Shown here: in pieces, positions 23,583-33,266 of the stretch | How the letters are laid out: each line of letters opens with the position of its first letter | Position numbering within the stretch: position 1 is the stretch's first letter | Source of the DNA: a virus | Lineage: Duplodnaviria > Caudoviricetes | Reading direction: 5' to 3' (one strand) | IMG/VR virus record: IMGVR_UViG_3300017774_000620 | Span: 1 to 37,986 of that record | DNA length: 37,986 bases | Notes under the pieces: generated by a model | What the model was told of the DNA's origin: nothing | The model's database searches: none | Seen by the model: only the letters and a program-made list of their open reading frames with translations | Made by a program: the position numbers and the translations under genes

Positions 23583-24050
23583 TTACTCCTTTGGGCGGGC
23601 TACCGCCATGATTGTTTTGTAGTCACGCTTCTTGAGGTAAAAACCATCACCGTTTGACTGGCTTCCAGCCTTACCTGAAGATGTATTGCCCTCAAACACC
23701 TGTAGGTATTTAAGTGTTTTGTGGTGGAACTTAACAATGCCCACATGATCAGGTTGAGCATCTTCATCAAATTGAAAAAAAACAAGATCTCCGCGTTGGG
23801 CCTGACCGATAGGCACAAGTTGATTGTTCTTTGTTAGGTATTTTAGCCAGGCATCACAAGAAGCAAAACCTTTATTTGTATTGGCTACCGTTCCAATCAT
23901 GCCAGCATCAAAATACATCTTTGATGCAGACATTGCGCACCAGGGTTGATTGTTAAGGCCAAACCATTTACCAAATGTGGTGTCATTGTTTGTGCCTTCT
24001 GTGTAATTAATTGATGCTTCACAAAGTTCTATAACTTTATTTAGGCTCAT
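23583..24050 (-). CDS. CHAP-domain endolysin
   Basis: QPWCAM, GDLVFF, DHVGIV, EGNT. Confidence 0.88.
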   Translation of the reverse strand: MSLNKVIELCEASINYTEGTNNDTTFGKWFGLNNQPWCAMSASKMYFDAGMIGTVANTNKGFASCDAWLKYLTKNNQLVPIGQAQRGDLVFFQFDEDAQPDHVGIVKFHHKTLKYLQVFEGNTSSGKAGSQSNGDGFYLKKRDYKTIMAVARPKE

Positions 24051-24318
24051 CTTCTTTTCCTTCCTGTGGCTTTGGTTTAGATTTTAGTCCATTAGCCGAC
24101 AAAATGCCCGATAGCGTACCTGTAAGGAATACGCACAAGGTAGAAACAAGATCAATAAAAGCGGCATCATTAGGGGCTTGTGACATAGGTTGAGTTACAA
24201 AAACCAACGCATACAACATGGCAAATACTGAACCAGCAAAAACCAAAGCAAGCATAATTCCTATGGTAACAATTAGGCGGGCATGTAATTCTTCAGGTGT
24301 GTATTTGCGTCTAGCCAT
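24037..24318 (-). CDS. Two-TM membrane protein (holin-like)
   Basis: MARRKY start with GGAG RBS; two long hydrophobic helices. Confidence 0.65.
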   Translation of the reverse strand: MARRKYTPEELHARLIVTIGIMLALVFAGSVFAMLYALVFVTQPMSQAPNDAAFIDLVSTLCVFLTGTLSGILSANGLKSKPKPQEGKEDEPK

Positions 24319-24496
24319 TCTGAGTCTCCAAATTAGGTAATAGATCTTTTGTACATTGACCCATTGCCTCACATTGCGGAGGATTACATTCTGCCTTTTC
24401 CCAATTTACAAATTCCTGGCAAGGGTAGCGTGTGTAGCCTTGATACCCGCACCCTGTAAGGCTAAGAACGATTAAGAAGCAAGCGGTAAATTTCAT
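24311..24496 (-). CDS. Small Cys-rich lipoprotein
   Basis: MKFTACFLIVLSLTGC lipobox, then RYPCQ...ECNPPQCEAMGQC. Confidence 0.65.
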   Translation of the reverse strand: MKFTACFLIVLSLTGCGYQGYTRYPCQEFVNWEKAECNPPQCEAMGQCTKDLLPNLETQNG

Positions 24497-24680
24497 CAAC
24501 GCGGCTCTCCAAACGCTTGATTGTGTCACCCTGCCTATTTTGTTCATCACGCAAAGAACTGCCGCCATTGGGTTTAAGTTCATTTAAGTAATGTTTAACT
24601 AGCCATCTAACCGCCGCTACAAAACCACCTAAAATAGTGCTGATGCTAACGGCTAATGCGGCCCAGTCTAATGCGTTCAT
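24462..24680 (-). CDS. Single-TM coiled-coil membrane protein
   Basis: N-terminal TM, ELKPNGGSSLRD, RLESRVDEIY. Confidence 0.7.
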   Translation of the reverse strand: MNALDWAALAVSISTILGGFVAAVRWLVKHYLNELKPNGGSSLRDEQNRQGDTIKRLESRVDEIYRLLLNRS

Positions 24681-24698
24681 GGGAAAAAAGTATAACTG

Positions 24699-24914
24699 TT
24701 ATGTCCAGTTAATGACGCGAATAGTGCCAGCGCTATCAACTATTTTGGCTTGATTAGTTGTAATGTTTAACCAGGCATCACCAATGCGCGGGTATGTTGG
24801 ATCTGAAGTTACATTAGGAAATGTAAAGCGTGTAGCCGTTTCTAATTTGTTTAAGCGGTTGTTAATGTCTGCAAACATTCTGTGTAAATCTAAAGGTTGA
24901 TTGATGTATGCCAT
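24699..24914 (-). CDS. Small tail-associated protein
   Basis: Short coiled coil followed by DP..PRIGDAWLN. Confidence 0.55.
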   Translation of the reverse strand: MAYINQPLDLHRMFADINNRLNKLETATRFTFPNVTSDPTYPRIGDAWLNITTNQAKIVDSAGTIRVINWT

Positions 24915-26026
24915 TACGCTTCTCCTGCCCCTTGTGCAAGAGTCAATGTTACGCGTTCAGGGCCATCTTCTCCTGGTTGAACCGTAAGCCCAACAATGCG
25001 GTAAATTTCATCAAGAGTATTGGGAAAACGGCTATCTGTAATAATTATGCGCGTGTCATCACCTAGCGCGTAAGTACCAAATACAGGATCAACATAAGCA
25101 GGTACAACAACTTTAAGCACCGTTGGCGGATAAGAAGTTGCAAGTGATTGAGCGTTGGCTAATTCTTGCAAAACTGTTTGATCTGTAATGTCTGAATAGT
25201 TAGCCGTTGTTTCCAACAATGCCCAACCCGCTACAAGTTTTGTAGTGTCCTGTCCTGTTGCAATTTGTTTACCTTCATTAGATCCAGCGCCTAATGAGTA
25301 AACAGTATTGGCTACAACTGAACCATCTTCAGGGTACTCATACTCAACCATGTTGCCCGCAGGAAAAGTAAATACAGGAACATCAGGATCACCAAATGTG
25401 TATGCAACCCCACTACGCGGGTAGTAGGTATTGAAATTTTTAACAGGCAAACCCGTAATAGCGTCATAACCAACATCAATAGAAAAATCAAAACCGTCAC
25501 CCTGGCGGCTAAGATCTTGCACCGCTTGATAAACATTTTTAAATTCATAATTGTAATAAGTGCGGCTTACTAAAACGCCTGATGTAGTTTGTCCTGCGCT
25601 GTTATAGCCAACGCCAATGTCACCATAGGTTGCGTTTTGAGCATCTTCTATAAGAGTTTTGGCAATTACCAATTGATCAATGTTTGTAAATTGGACATCT
25701 TGAGTAACACGCCTGTGATCAAAATAAGAGATCCATTCTTGAGCGCTGAAAGAAAGAGTTTGTGAAGCGCTGTTGTATGAGCGCCCCCAAATAACTCCAC
25801 CCCATACCAAAATGCCATCTCTATCTACATACAGCCCGCAGTAAGCAGGAATAGTTGAAAGTTCAACATTGTACTTATCCGCGTTTACGCCTGAAAGAAG
25901 CAATTGACCTTGAAAAGTTCCAGGCTGATTAAGTTGTTGGGTAAAGCCAACGCCCGTTAAAGGAAGTTCTCCAATAATGGTGTTGCTTAATAGATCAACA
26001 AACAAATAGCGGTATGTGGTAGTCAT
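24914..26026 (-). CDS. Minor tail protein (ReqiPepy6 gp37-like hub)
   Basis: IIGELPL...LVWGGVIW...GAGSNEG...LGDDTRII; tail-module position. Confidence 0.75.
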   Translation of the reverse strand: MTTTYRYLFVDLLSNTIIGELPLTGVGFTQQLNQPGTFQGQLLLSGVNADKYNVELSTIPAYCGLYVDRDGILVWGGVIWGRSYNSASQTLSFSAQEWISYFDHRRVTQDVQFTNIDQLVIAKTLIEDAQNATYGDIGVGYNSAGQTTSGVLVSRTYYNYEFKNVYQAVQDLSRQGDGFDFSIDVGYDAITGLPVKNFNTYYPRSGVAYTFGDPDVPVFTFPAGNMVEYEYPEDGSVVANTVYSLGAGSNEGKQIATGQDTTKLVAGWALLETTANYSDITDQTVLQELANAQSLATSYPPTVLKVVVPAYVDPVFGTYALGDDTRIIITDSRFPNTLDEIYRIVGLTVQPGEDGPERVTLTLAQGAGEA

Positions 26027-26030
26027 AACA

Positions 26031-26252
26031 TCATTTTACAGAGTTTATTATTGCCTTTGTGCCTTGCCATGTGACCACACCTTCACAGTAAATGTAGTGA
26101 AGTTTACCAAGAAATGTCTTGCAGGGAATGTTGATCTCTACCGCAGAAGCCTGATCTTGCGTAATTAGTTTTGTGCGGTCAGCGCTTGTCACGGTCACAG
26201 CCCAGGGGCTTTCTTTGACTCTACTGTAGTGAATGTAAATGTGTGCCATCAA
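26031..26252 (-). CDS. Hypothetical protein
   Basis: 73-aa coupled ORF. Confidence 0.55.
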   Translation of the reverse strand: MMAHIYIHYSRVKESPWAVTVTSADRTKLITQDQASAVEINIPCKTFLGKLHYIYCEGVVTWQGTKAIINSVK

Positions 26253-26641
26253 ATAATTGAAGCAGGATCATCATTTATTTCTTCTGCGTTCCAAGTTAAA
26301 GTTTCTTCATTCCAACTCCAAGAGAACTCTCCTGCAACATGATCTGGAATAGGCGTTGGCGCTTGCCAATCGTAATTCAAATCTAGCAACCAAGACGGGA
26401 AAGGTTGTGGTGCAATAAACACATCTGCTACTGGGTTATAGGTAAAACCAATCCCTGCGTAATTTTTGCGAATGTTCCCATTGTAAGAAGTCTGTACCCA
26501 AGTACCACCATAGTGAGCAAAGCAAAAATCAATACCCTTTTGCTCAGACTCATTACCGTTTTCATTAAGCAATTCATTGTTATGAACAACAATTACATTA
26601 ATAACTACATTGTTCTCATCTAGTTCTGCAAAGTGTGCCAT
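26249..26641 (-). CDS. Putative fibre/adhesin assembly protein
   Basis: MAHFAELDENNVV...WVQTSYN...RKNYAGIG...PQPFPSW; TAATG-coupled to the Gly-rich gene. Confidence 0.6.
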   Translation of the reverse strand: MAHFAELDENNVVINVIVVHNNELLNENGNESEQKGIDFCFAHYGGTWVQTSYNGNIRKNYAGIGFTYNPVADVFIAPQPFPSWLLDLNYDWQAPTPIPDHVAGEFSWSWNEETLTWNAEEINDDPASII

Positions 26642-27780
26642 TAGAAAGTTATGCTCCCGCTTCCTGTCCATTGGTAAATTCTGTATCCACCTGATGTTGT
26701 GATTGTTGGCGATCCTGTTGTTGATGTTGCTAAAGGGAAACTGTCAGCGTAGCGAATACAGACAAATCCTGAACCGCCGTTACCACCTGTACCCGCTGTG
26801 CCGCCGCTATTAGCACCACCGCCACCGCCGCCCGAACCTGTGTTTGCCGTAGCGTTGCCGCCAGTTCTTGTTGGATTACCATCACCACTTCCACCGTCAC
26901 CGCCGCCTGCCGTTCCAGTTCCAATACGAGCAGCAATGTCACCACCGCCACCACCACCGCCTGCTCTTGTTACTGATGATCCAGTTATTGATGACGCTGT
27001 TCCAGCACCGCCTGCTACTGAACCGCCTGTTTGTGAACCGCCTGCGCCGCTTGAACCGCCGCCGCTACCGACACCACCAAACATTGAACTGCCGCCGCCG
27101 CCATTAAAGCCTTGCCCTGATGTTCCAGTTCCAGCAGCGCCAGAACTGAAAGATGACCCACCGCCGCCTGAACCGCCGCTGCCACCTGAGTTTTGGCCGC
27201 TTGCACAGCCGCCGCCTCCGCCGCCACCTGTTGAAGTGATAGAACTAAATACTGAGTTGCCGCCGCTGCTACCGCGTGTACCCGTGCCACCCAAACCGCC
27301 ACCACCGCCAACTGTGACTGTGTAAGTTCCATTAGTCACGGCAAGACCAGCGGCAGTTAAATAACCACCTGCGCCGCCGCCGCCGCCGTCATTTGGGCCA
27401 TTGTTTTCTCCACCGCCACCGCCACCCGCGCCTGCGATAACTAGGTATTCAACTGTTGAAGGTGCAGGATTAACAGGACTTACAGAATTAGAAGCCGCAG
27501 ATGCTACAGATGTAAGCCCTTTTGCATTAGTTGCGGTTACAGTAAATGTGTAAGCAGTTCCATTAGTTAAACCTGAAACTGTTACTGGTGATGATGCGCC
27601 TGTTCCTGTAATTGATCCTGGTGATGATGTAACAGTGTAAGAAGTAATAGCAGAACGCCCTGTGAAAGTAGGTGCGGTAAAAGTAACTGATGCTGAAGCG
27701 TTACCAGCGGTTGCTGTTCCAATTGTAGGCGCACCAGGTTTTACTGGCCCTGAACTAGAAATAGTTGCAATAATTGACAT
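26641..27780 (-). CDS. Fn3 plus glycine-rich adhesin-like protein
   Basis: Fn3 domain (PGAPTIGTATAG...GLTNGTAYTFTVTATN), then polyglycine motifs VEYLVIAGAGGGG...GGSGFVCIRY. Confidence 0.75.
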   Translation of the reverse strand: MSIIATISSSGPVKPGAPTIGTATAGNASASVTFTAPTFTGRSAITSYTVTSSPGSITGTGASSPVTVSGLTNGTAYTFTVTATNAKGLTSVASAASNSVSPVNPAPSTVEYLVIAGAGGGGGGENNGPNDGGGGGAGGYLTAAGLAVTNGTYTVTVGGGGGLGGTGTRGSSGGNSVFSSITSTGGGGGGGCASGQNSGGSGGSGGGGSSFSSGAAGTGTSGQGFNGGGGSSMFGGVGSGGGSSGAGGSQTGGSVAGGAGTASSITGSSVTRAGGGGGGGDIAARIGTGTAGGGDGGSGDGNPTRTGGNATANTGSGGGGGGANSGGTAGTGGNGGSGFVCIRYADSFPLATSTTGSPTITTSGGYRIYQWTGSGSITF

Positions 27781-28676
27781 TAGATAAGATCTCCTACCAC
27801 TAACCAATTGTTTGCAGAAGTTTGAATACAAGCCACAGATGAATACTGAGCGCGTATTTGTGGGCTTGCCGCTGTTGCGCCACCTGAAACCACTGTTACG
27901 CCTCCTGATCCTGAAACGGTTACTGCGCCTGCTCCATAAGCCGCCATCATAATAACAGCGCCAACAGGTAATGCTACAGAACTGTTAAGAGGAATAGTTA
28001 CTGCAATAGATGAAGCGTTAGCAAGCGTTACCAGTTTTCCATTGTCAGTTAAAACCAATGTATAAGTTGTTCCTGTTTGTACATTTGTTGCAACGCTTGC
28101 CGCTAAAGTAACAGCCCCGCTTGATCCGCCTCCTGTTAATCCTGCGCCCGCTGTAACGCTAGAAATGTCTCCCGTTTCAGGAATGTTTGTAGTGACTGCA
28201 ACGCGTGTGTCTGTAATGTCACCTGTGTTAATTTGAGTTACAGCCGCACCTACCGCAACGGTTGCAAGTGAAACTGAGTTGGCAGGGAGTGCAGGAGCAA
28301 CAGGAGATCCCGCAGGAGTTCCCGCAATTACCTGAAAAATTACATCATTGTTAGCACCTGAATAAAAAGCATCACGCACTGTTGCGCACACAAGATCAAT
28401 GCGTGGGTTTGTTGGGTTGGCTGTTGTAATTGTTAAAGTATCTGTTGCATCATTAAAAATTGTGTAAACACCCATGTTGGTTGTGGTTGTTCCAACAATT
28501 GCGGCCCAACCTAAAGCAACGCGTACTGACATACCTACAGGGGAGTTAGCACTAACAGCCAATGAAGAACTGCCAATTGTGCCAGTAGTAGCCCATAATG
28601 CTTGCGCTGTTAAACGGTCATACTGAGCAGGGTATGAGCCTGCCTGTAGCCATGATGGGGGCGTTTGTAGTGTCAT
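27780..28676 (-). CDS. Tail fibre / baseplate-attached protein
   Basis: NPRIDLV...SLATVAV..ITDTR N-terminal domain, GAGLTGGG linker, C-terminal RAQYSS domain. Confidence 0.7.
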   Translation of the reverse strand: MTLQTPPSWLQAGSYPAQYDRLTAQALWATTGTIGSSSLAVSANSPVGMSVRVALGWAAIVGTTTTNMGVYTIFNDATDTLTITTANPTNPRIDLVCATVRDAFYSGANNDVIFQVIAGTPAGSPVAPALPANSVSLATVAVGAAVTQINTGDITDTRVAVTTNIPETGDISSVTAGAGLTGGGSSGAVTLAASVATNVQTGTTYTLVLTDNGKLVTLANASSIAVTIPLNSSVALPVGAVIMMAAYGAGAVTVSGSGGVTVVSGGATAASPQIRAQYSSVACIQTSANNWLVVGDLI

Positions 28677-28686
28677 TTATTCTCCC

Positions 28687-29547
28687 TTAGATGTACGCAG
28701 AATACCAAGAAACGGTAGCCTGAGTAGTTCCCGCTAATGTGCTTGTGCCAGTAAAAAAGAAATTTGAGTTGCCTGGTGGCGCATCAAACCATGTGCCTGA
28801 AATTAAAAGATTACGCGCAGGGTTGCCATTAAGTGTGATTAACTGATTGTAAAGATCAATTTCTAAAATGTCTAAAGCGCTGTATGTACCTGTAAAATTA
28901 AGCGTATTGCCAGTTGTTGTGTTACCAATAATAGGATTTGTAATAGGGCCTTGAATAGTAATTGTTGGGTAAGTTGTAGCCCAACCAATGTTAGAAATTG
29001 TAGTTGTAACGCTAGAAGAACCACCACCGTATGTGTAATTAAAAGTTTTGTTATAGGTACGCCCTAAAGCCGCGCTAATAAGCATGTTGGCAGTTTGCAA
29101 ATTACTGTCATAATAATTTGGATCAGGGCAAAAGAAATCAACCTGAGATGTAATGTATCCATAAGTGTAATTAGGATCTATGCTTGTGCGTAAACCGCGT
29201 ACGCGAGCATCAACAAATTGTTCACTGGTTGGAATGTTAGGGAACTTAAAGTAAAGCGGTGTTGTGCCTGATGTTTGAGGCAAAAGAACGCTTTGAATTG
29301 TGTTGTAATTTGTTTGAGCAGATCCGTTACTATCGGCAAAAGTATTAAAAATAATTGAGATTGTTCTACCGCTTAAAAAATCCCGCCCAGTAAACATACC
29401 ATCATGGTATCCACGGTTATCATCTTGATTACGGATACCAGGCAGAGACTCAAGGCCATCAACACTAAGGATTTGATAAGGAGAACCAGCGCCGCCAAAC
29501 ACCTGATTGTTAAAAGCAAATGAATACAGTTGCGTTAAAGTTGTCAT
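28687..29547 (-). CDS. Distal tail protein (Dit-like)
   Basis: Follows the tape measure; FFCPDPNYY, GPITNP, WFDAPPG. Confidence 0.75.
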   Translation of the reverse strand: MTTLTQLYSFAFNNQVFGGAGSPYQILSVDGLESLPGIRNQDDNRGYHDGMFTGRDFLSGRTISIIFNTFADSNGSAQTNYNTIQSVLLPQTSGTTPLYFKFPNIPTSEQFVDARVRGLRTSIDPNYTYGYITSQVDFFCPDPNYYDSNLQTANMLISAALGRTYNKTFNYTYGGGSSSVTTTISNIGWATTYPTITIQGPITNPIIGNTTTGNTLNFTGTYSALDILEIDLYNQLITLNGNPARNLLISGTWFDAPPGNSNFFFTGTSTLAGTTQATVSWYSAYI

Positions 29548-32500
29548 TCTATTGCTACCCCCACATGTCTGCCGCCAATCATTACAGCATTACCGTATTT
29601 AACAGCACTAACAACCGCTGAACTAACAGCATTAGGATCAACGCTTGTTGCAGTAATGTTGTTAGTAACTGTTACTGAAGATGATCCGCCAGCCGTCATG
29701 CCTGTCTTGTAAGGGTCATAACCTACACCTGGAATAATTGAACCTGCTTTGGCAAAAACAGGAGCATTACCTATAACACCTGTAGAAGATCCTTTACTAA
29801 TTGCTTCCATAGCGTCAGCAATTTCTTTTAATTTATCTTTAAGATCTTTAAGTTTTTTCTCTGTGGCTTTATTGATTTCATCAATAGCCTTGTCATACTC
29901 TTTTTGAGCCTTTGCAAGCGCTTCCTGAAGGGTTTTAGCGGCTTCTGCAAGTCCTTCATCAAGGTTCTTTTGTGCTTTGGCTCTAGCCTCTGTAAGCGCT
30001 TTAGAAGCCGCCGCTAACGCTTCATCATAAGCCTCTTTAGCACTAGCCAAAGTTTCTGCTAAAGCCTTGTTAGCATCAGCAATTTTTTCTGTACGGTTTT
30101 TTTCCGCTTCAGCCATTGCCTCACTGTAATTTTTATTAGCCTCAGCCAAAGCCTCAGTCATTTGAGTATTAACATCAGCCAATGACTCTTTAAGATCAAT
30201 AGAAACCTGATTGTATGCGTTCATCATTTCTTCAGTTGCAAAACTGGTAGATGTATTCATTTGCCTTGCAAGTGCGTCTAGCCCATGTGCAGAAACATCT
30301 TCTAGGCCGTAATAAAGTTCTTGTAATTCAGTAGTTGCTTCAGGAGATGCCGCCTTGAGCGCTTGAGCAATTTTGTTACCCGCTTCAGGGCCTTGCTTAA
30401 CAACCTGCTCAATAAATACCTGGCTATAACCCATGCCAGCAAGAGCCGCCGCGTTAGCCTGAAGTTCTTTGGCCGCGCCTAATTTTGTTTTAAGGTCAGC
30501 AAGAAGTTTGTCTGCGGTATTAGCGCCACCCTTAAATGCGTCAGCAATGTCAAAGCCTGTTTTAGATGCAAAAGCATTACGCAAACGATCTACGCCCTGT
30601 TGAATAATGTTTGCCTGTTTTTCAGCCGCGGTTTTAATTAAGTCAGCGGTTTTACTTTCTGCTTTTTTGCGTATGTCATAAAGTTTTTCTGTATTATTTT
30701 TAAGAAGATCTGCTTGTTTATCAGCGTAATCTTTTTCAATGTTTTGTAATGTTTCTTTATGGCGTTTGTACGCTTCTCTTTCAGTATCATTTCTGCGTTT
30801 TTCAGCATCAGCCACGGCTTCTGCATAACGGTTATTTGCTTCAGCCATTGCTTCATTAAAATCTTTATTAAGGTTAGCAACTTTTTCATCATAATCTTTA
30901 TGCGCTTCAAACATTTTTTCATTACGGTTTTCAAGAGCCTCTTGAGCCTTTTCTTGAGCCTCAGCAATTGCTTCATTCATGTCTTTGTAAACTGCTAAAA
31001 CATCTTTTTTGTAATTTGCTAATTTGTTTTTATTATCAGCGCTAAGGCCGCCAGCACCGCCGCCAGCACCAGCACCAGCACCAGCACCGCCTTTGTCACC
31101 TTTACCTTTTTTACCTGCTTTGGCAGACTCGTTTGCAGACTTAGTGAATTTATCAACTTCACCCTTCAATCCTTCAACTTTTTTTGCGGTCTTTTCAGCA
31201 AAGTCACCAACGCCTTTAATAGCGCCATCAATTAATCCTAAGCCTTTTTTAGCCGCACCACCAACGCCAGGCAATTTAGAAAGAACAGTTAAAAACAATT
31301 TAAGCGGCCCTGTAACTACCTTCATAATAATGGTGATCATGTCACCCCATGCGCGGATCATAAAGGCTACATAACTTAAAACAGCCTTTGCTACCGTACC
31401 AACAATGTTTCTAAAAGTTTCAGATTTTTTATACGCAAGCACAAATCCTGCAATAAGCAAACCAATAGCAGTAACAATTAAACCAATAGGGTTTGCTCTC
31501 ATAGCCGCATTAAGTCCAAGCATAGAAGCGGCAAGAGTGTTAGTAGATGCAATTGATGCTAATTGGCCGCCTCTCATAATTACCTGGGCTACTGCAAACA
31601 ACTTAGTCATAGTTGTTGTTACAATTACTACCGTTTTATACGCCATAAATGCGGCAGTTACAACGCCTAATCCAATTGCTAATGACTCAACAAGATCTTC
31701 ATTCTTTTTTAAGAATGTACCAAACCCTTGAACTATAGGAATGATGATTTTAAGAAGTGTTAGTAATGCTCTAAAAGCAGGCATAAGCGCATCACCAATT
31801 GCTACTTTAGCATTTTCAAATTGCGCAGACAATGTACGCATAGTATTTGCAGTGCCATCAGCCGTACGCCCATAATCACCTTGAGCAAGTTTTGTATCCT
31901 TCATAATCAATGCGTATGAGGCTTGTGCTTTAGCCGCAGGTGTTAGGGCTTCTTTGGTTGATTTAATCAAACCCAATGACATTGCTTCTTCTTTTATGCG
32001 CGCTTCAGATAAAGCAACACCAAACTTTTTAAGCGGTTCTGTTTCCCCTGAAAGTCCTGAGCGCAAAGCAAGAATTGCATCATCAATAGATGTGTTGTTA
32101 AAAGAAGCCATGTCAGAAGCCAATTGAACAAGGCTTGTGGACATTTCTTGAGCAGGGCCTTGACCCATACCAAACGCTTGAAATAAGTTTCCATAAGTAC
32201 CAGCGGCTTCTAAAGCAGATTGTTTTGACATACCCATAGCCGTTGCGGAAGTTTCTCCCCACGCTTTAACGGCTTCTGCATTAGCGCCAAAAACAACATC
32301 AATTTTAGATAATGACTCAGCCATGTTAGAAGAAGCCATTACTACATCTTTACCAAATTGAAGAACCTGCGTACCAGCAAAAGCAACACCCATTGTTGCG
32401 CCAACCTGTTTGATTTTGCCCATAAAGTTTTGCATGCCAGTTGAAGCAGTTTTTACCTGATCATCTACGCCTTTAATAGCACTTTCTGCTTGTGCTAAAC

Positions 32501-32564
32501 CTGCTTTAAGTTGAGTTACATCTGCTTGTAATTGAATAAGCATTGGTGGGATCAAGTCAGCCAT
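29544..32564 (-). CDS. Tape measure protein
   Basis: 1006 aa; LASDMASFNN, GETEPLKKFG, ANPIG; long helical region with ~11-residue periodicity. Confidence 0.92.
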   Translation of the reverse strand: MADLIPPMLIQLQADVTQLKAGLAQAESAIKGVDDQVKTASTGMQNFMGKIKQVGATMGVAFAGTQVLQFGKDVVMASSNMAESLSKIDVVFGANAEAVKAWGETSATAMGMSKQSALEAAGTYGNLFQAFGMGQGPAQEMSTSLVQLASDMASFNNTSIDDAILALRSGLSGETEPLKKFGVALSEARIKEEAMSLGLIKSTKEALTPAAKAQASYALIMKDTKLAQGDYGRTADGTANTMRTLSAQFENAKVAIGDALMPAFRALLTLLKIIIPIVQGFGTFLKKNEDLVESLAIGLGVVTAAFMAYKTVVIVTTTMTKLFAVAQVIMRGGQLASIASTNTLAASMLGLNAAMRANPIGLIVTAIGLLIAGFVLAYKKSETFRNIVGTVAKAVLSYVAFMIRAWGDMITIIMKVVTGPLKLFLTVLSKLPGVGGAAKKGLGLIDGAIKGVGDFAEKTAKKVEGLKGEVDKFTKSANESAKAGKKGKGDKGGAGAGAGAGGGAGGLSADNKNKLANYKKDVLAVYKDMNEAIAEAQEKAQEALENRNEKMFEAHKDYDEKVANLNKDFNEAMAEANNRYAEAVADAEKRRNDTEREAYKRHKETLQNIEKDYADKQADLLKNNTEKLYDIRKKAESKTADLIKTAAEKQANIIQQGVDRLRNAFASKTGFDIADAFKGGANTADKLLADLKTKLGAAKELQANAAALAGMGYSQVFIEQVVKQGPEAGNKIAQALKAASPEATTELQELYYGLEDVSAHGLDALARQMNTSTSFATEEMMNAYNQVSIDLKESLADVNTQMTEALAEANKNYSEAMAEAEKNRTEKIADANKALAETLASAKEAYDEALAAASKALTEARAKAQKNLDEGLAEAAKTLQEALAKAQKEYDKAIDEINKATEKKLKDLKDKLKEIADAMEAISKGSSTGVIGNAPVFAKAGSIIPGVGYDPYKTGMTAGGSSSVTVTNNITATSVDPNAVSSAVVSAVKYGNAVMIGGRHVGVAIE

Positions 32565-32567
32565 GTG

Positions 32568-33038
32568 CTATCCCCCTAACTTTTCTTTTACAGCGGCCAT
32601 AAAAACCCTGTTAATTCTGCCATTACGCAATAGCAACAATGCGGCGGGTTCTAAGTAAGGGTATTTTACCCCTGAAGTCCATTTGCCACCGCCCTTTTCA
32701 ACCTGGCGGGCGTACACCATTGTTGGGCCAATCTCAGCAATGTAACTACCAAACCCCATACGGTATGTAGTTTTTATAGATCTTTTTAAATTACCTGTAA
32801 CTGTGTTTGGCCCTGATCCGCCAACATGTTTTGGCGGTGAAGTTTTAATGTAAGCCCTACCATTTTTACTTACACGCTTTTCATAACTGCGTGTGCCTTG
32901 AAAGTTCATTTTTGCTTGCCGTTCAACATCAAGGCCAGCCCGCATAATTCCAATTTGCGCGCCTTGTTCTATTTTAGATTGAGTTCCATTAACGGCGGCA
33001 AGAACTTCAGAAAGGTTCTTAATGATGATGCCGCTCAT
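32568..33038 (-). CDS. HK97 gp10-like neck/tail completion protein
   Basis: TGNLKRSI, YARQVEKG, YPYLEPA. Confidence 0.75.
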   Translation of the reverse strand: MSGIIIKNLSEVLAAVNGTQSKIEQGAQIGIMRAGLDVERQAKMNFQGTRSYEKRVSKNGRAYIKTSPPKHVGGSGPNTVTGNLKRSIKTTYRMGFGSYIAEIGPTMVYARQVEKGGGKWTSGVKYPYLEPAALLLLRNGRINRVFMAAVKEKLGG

Positions 33039-33266
33039 TTAGTCCTTCATTCTCTCTACTTTTACTTCATCAACGGTTCTAGCAATTGCCATTAACCAAT
33101 CAGCCGCATTTGCGGGCAAGTTATCTACCTGTTCAGGTGTCCAACCAAACCGATCCGCCATTTGATAGTAATACCATTGCTCATCAGGGTAAGAGAACGC
33201 CTCATGGCGCTCCCCACCCTTGAGTAACCATTTTAGGCGTTGGAGTTCTCGCCAGGCGCTTTTGGG
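33039..33266 (-). CDS. Tail assembly chaperone -1 frameshift extension (GT)
   Basis: C CCA AAA at 33266-33260; the -1 frame is open (SAWRELQRLKWLLKG...FGWTPEQVDNLP) to TAA 33039. Confidence 0.75.
   Translation of the reverse strand, partial: PKSAWRELQRLKWLLKGGERHEAFSYPDEQWYYYQMADRFGWTPEQVDNLPANAADWLMAIARTVDEVKVERMKD

Noticed and set aside
26798-27325. Proline-rich 175-aa plus-strand ORF
   Set aside because: It is the antisense mirror of the glycine codons in the adhesin gene.
26641-28676. Diversity-generating retroelement acting on the adhesin
   Set aside because: No reverse transcriptase and no template/variable repeat pair; the shared fibre domains are diverged throughout, not only at adenines.
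31050-31092. (ccagca)n short tandem repeat
   Set aside because: It encodes a Gly-Ala linker in the tape measure protein; the 6-bp unit preserves frame.
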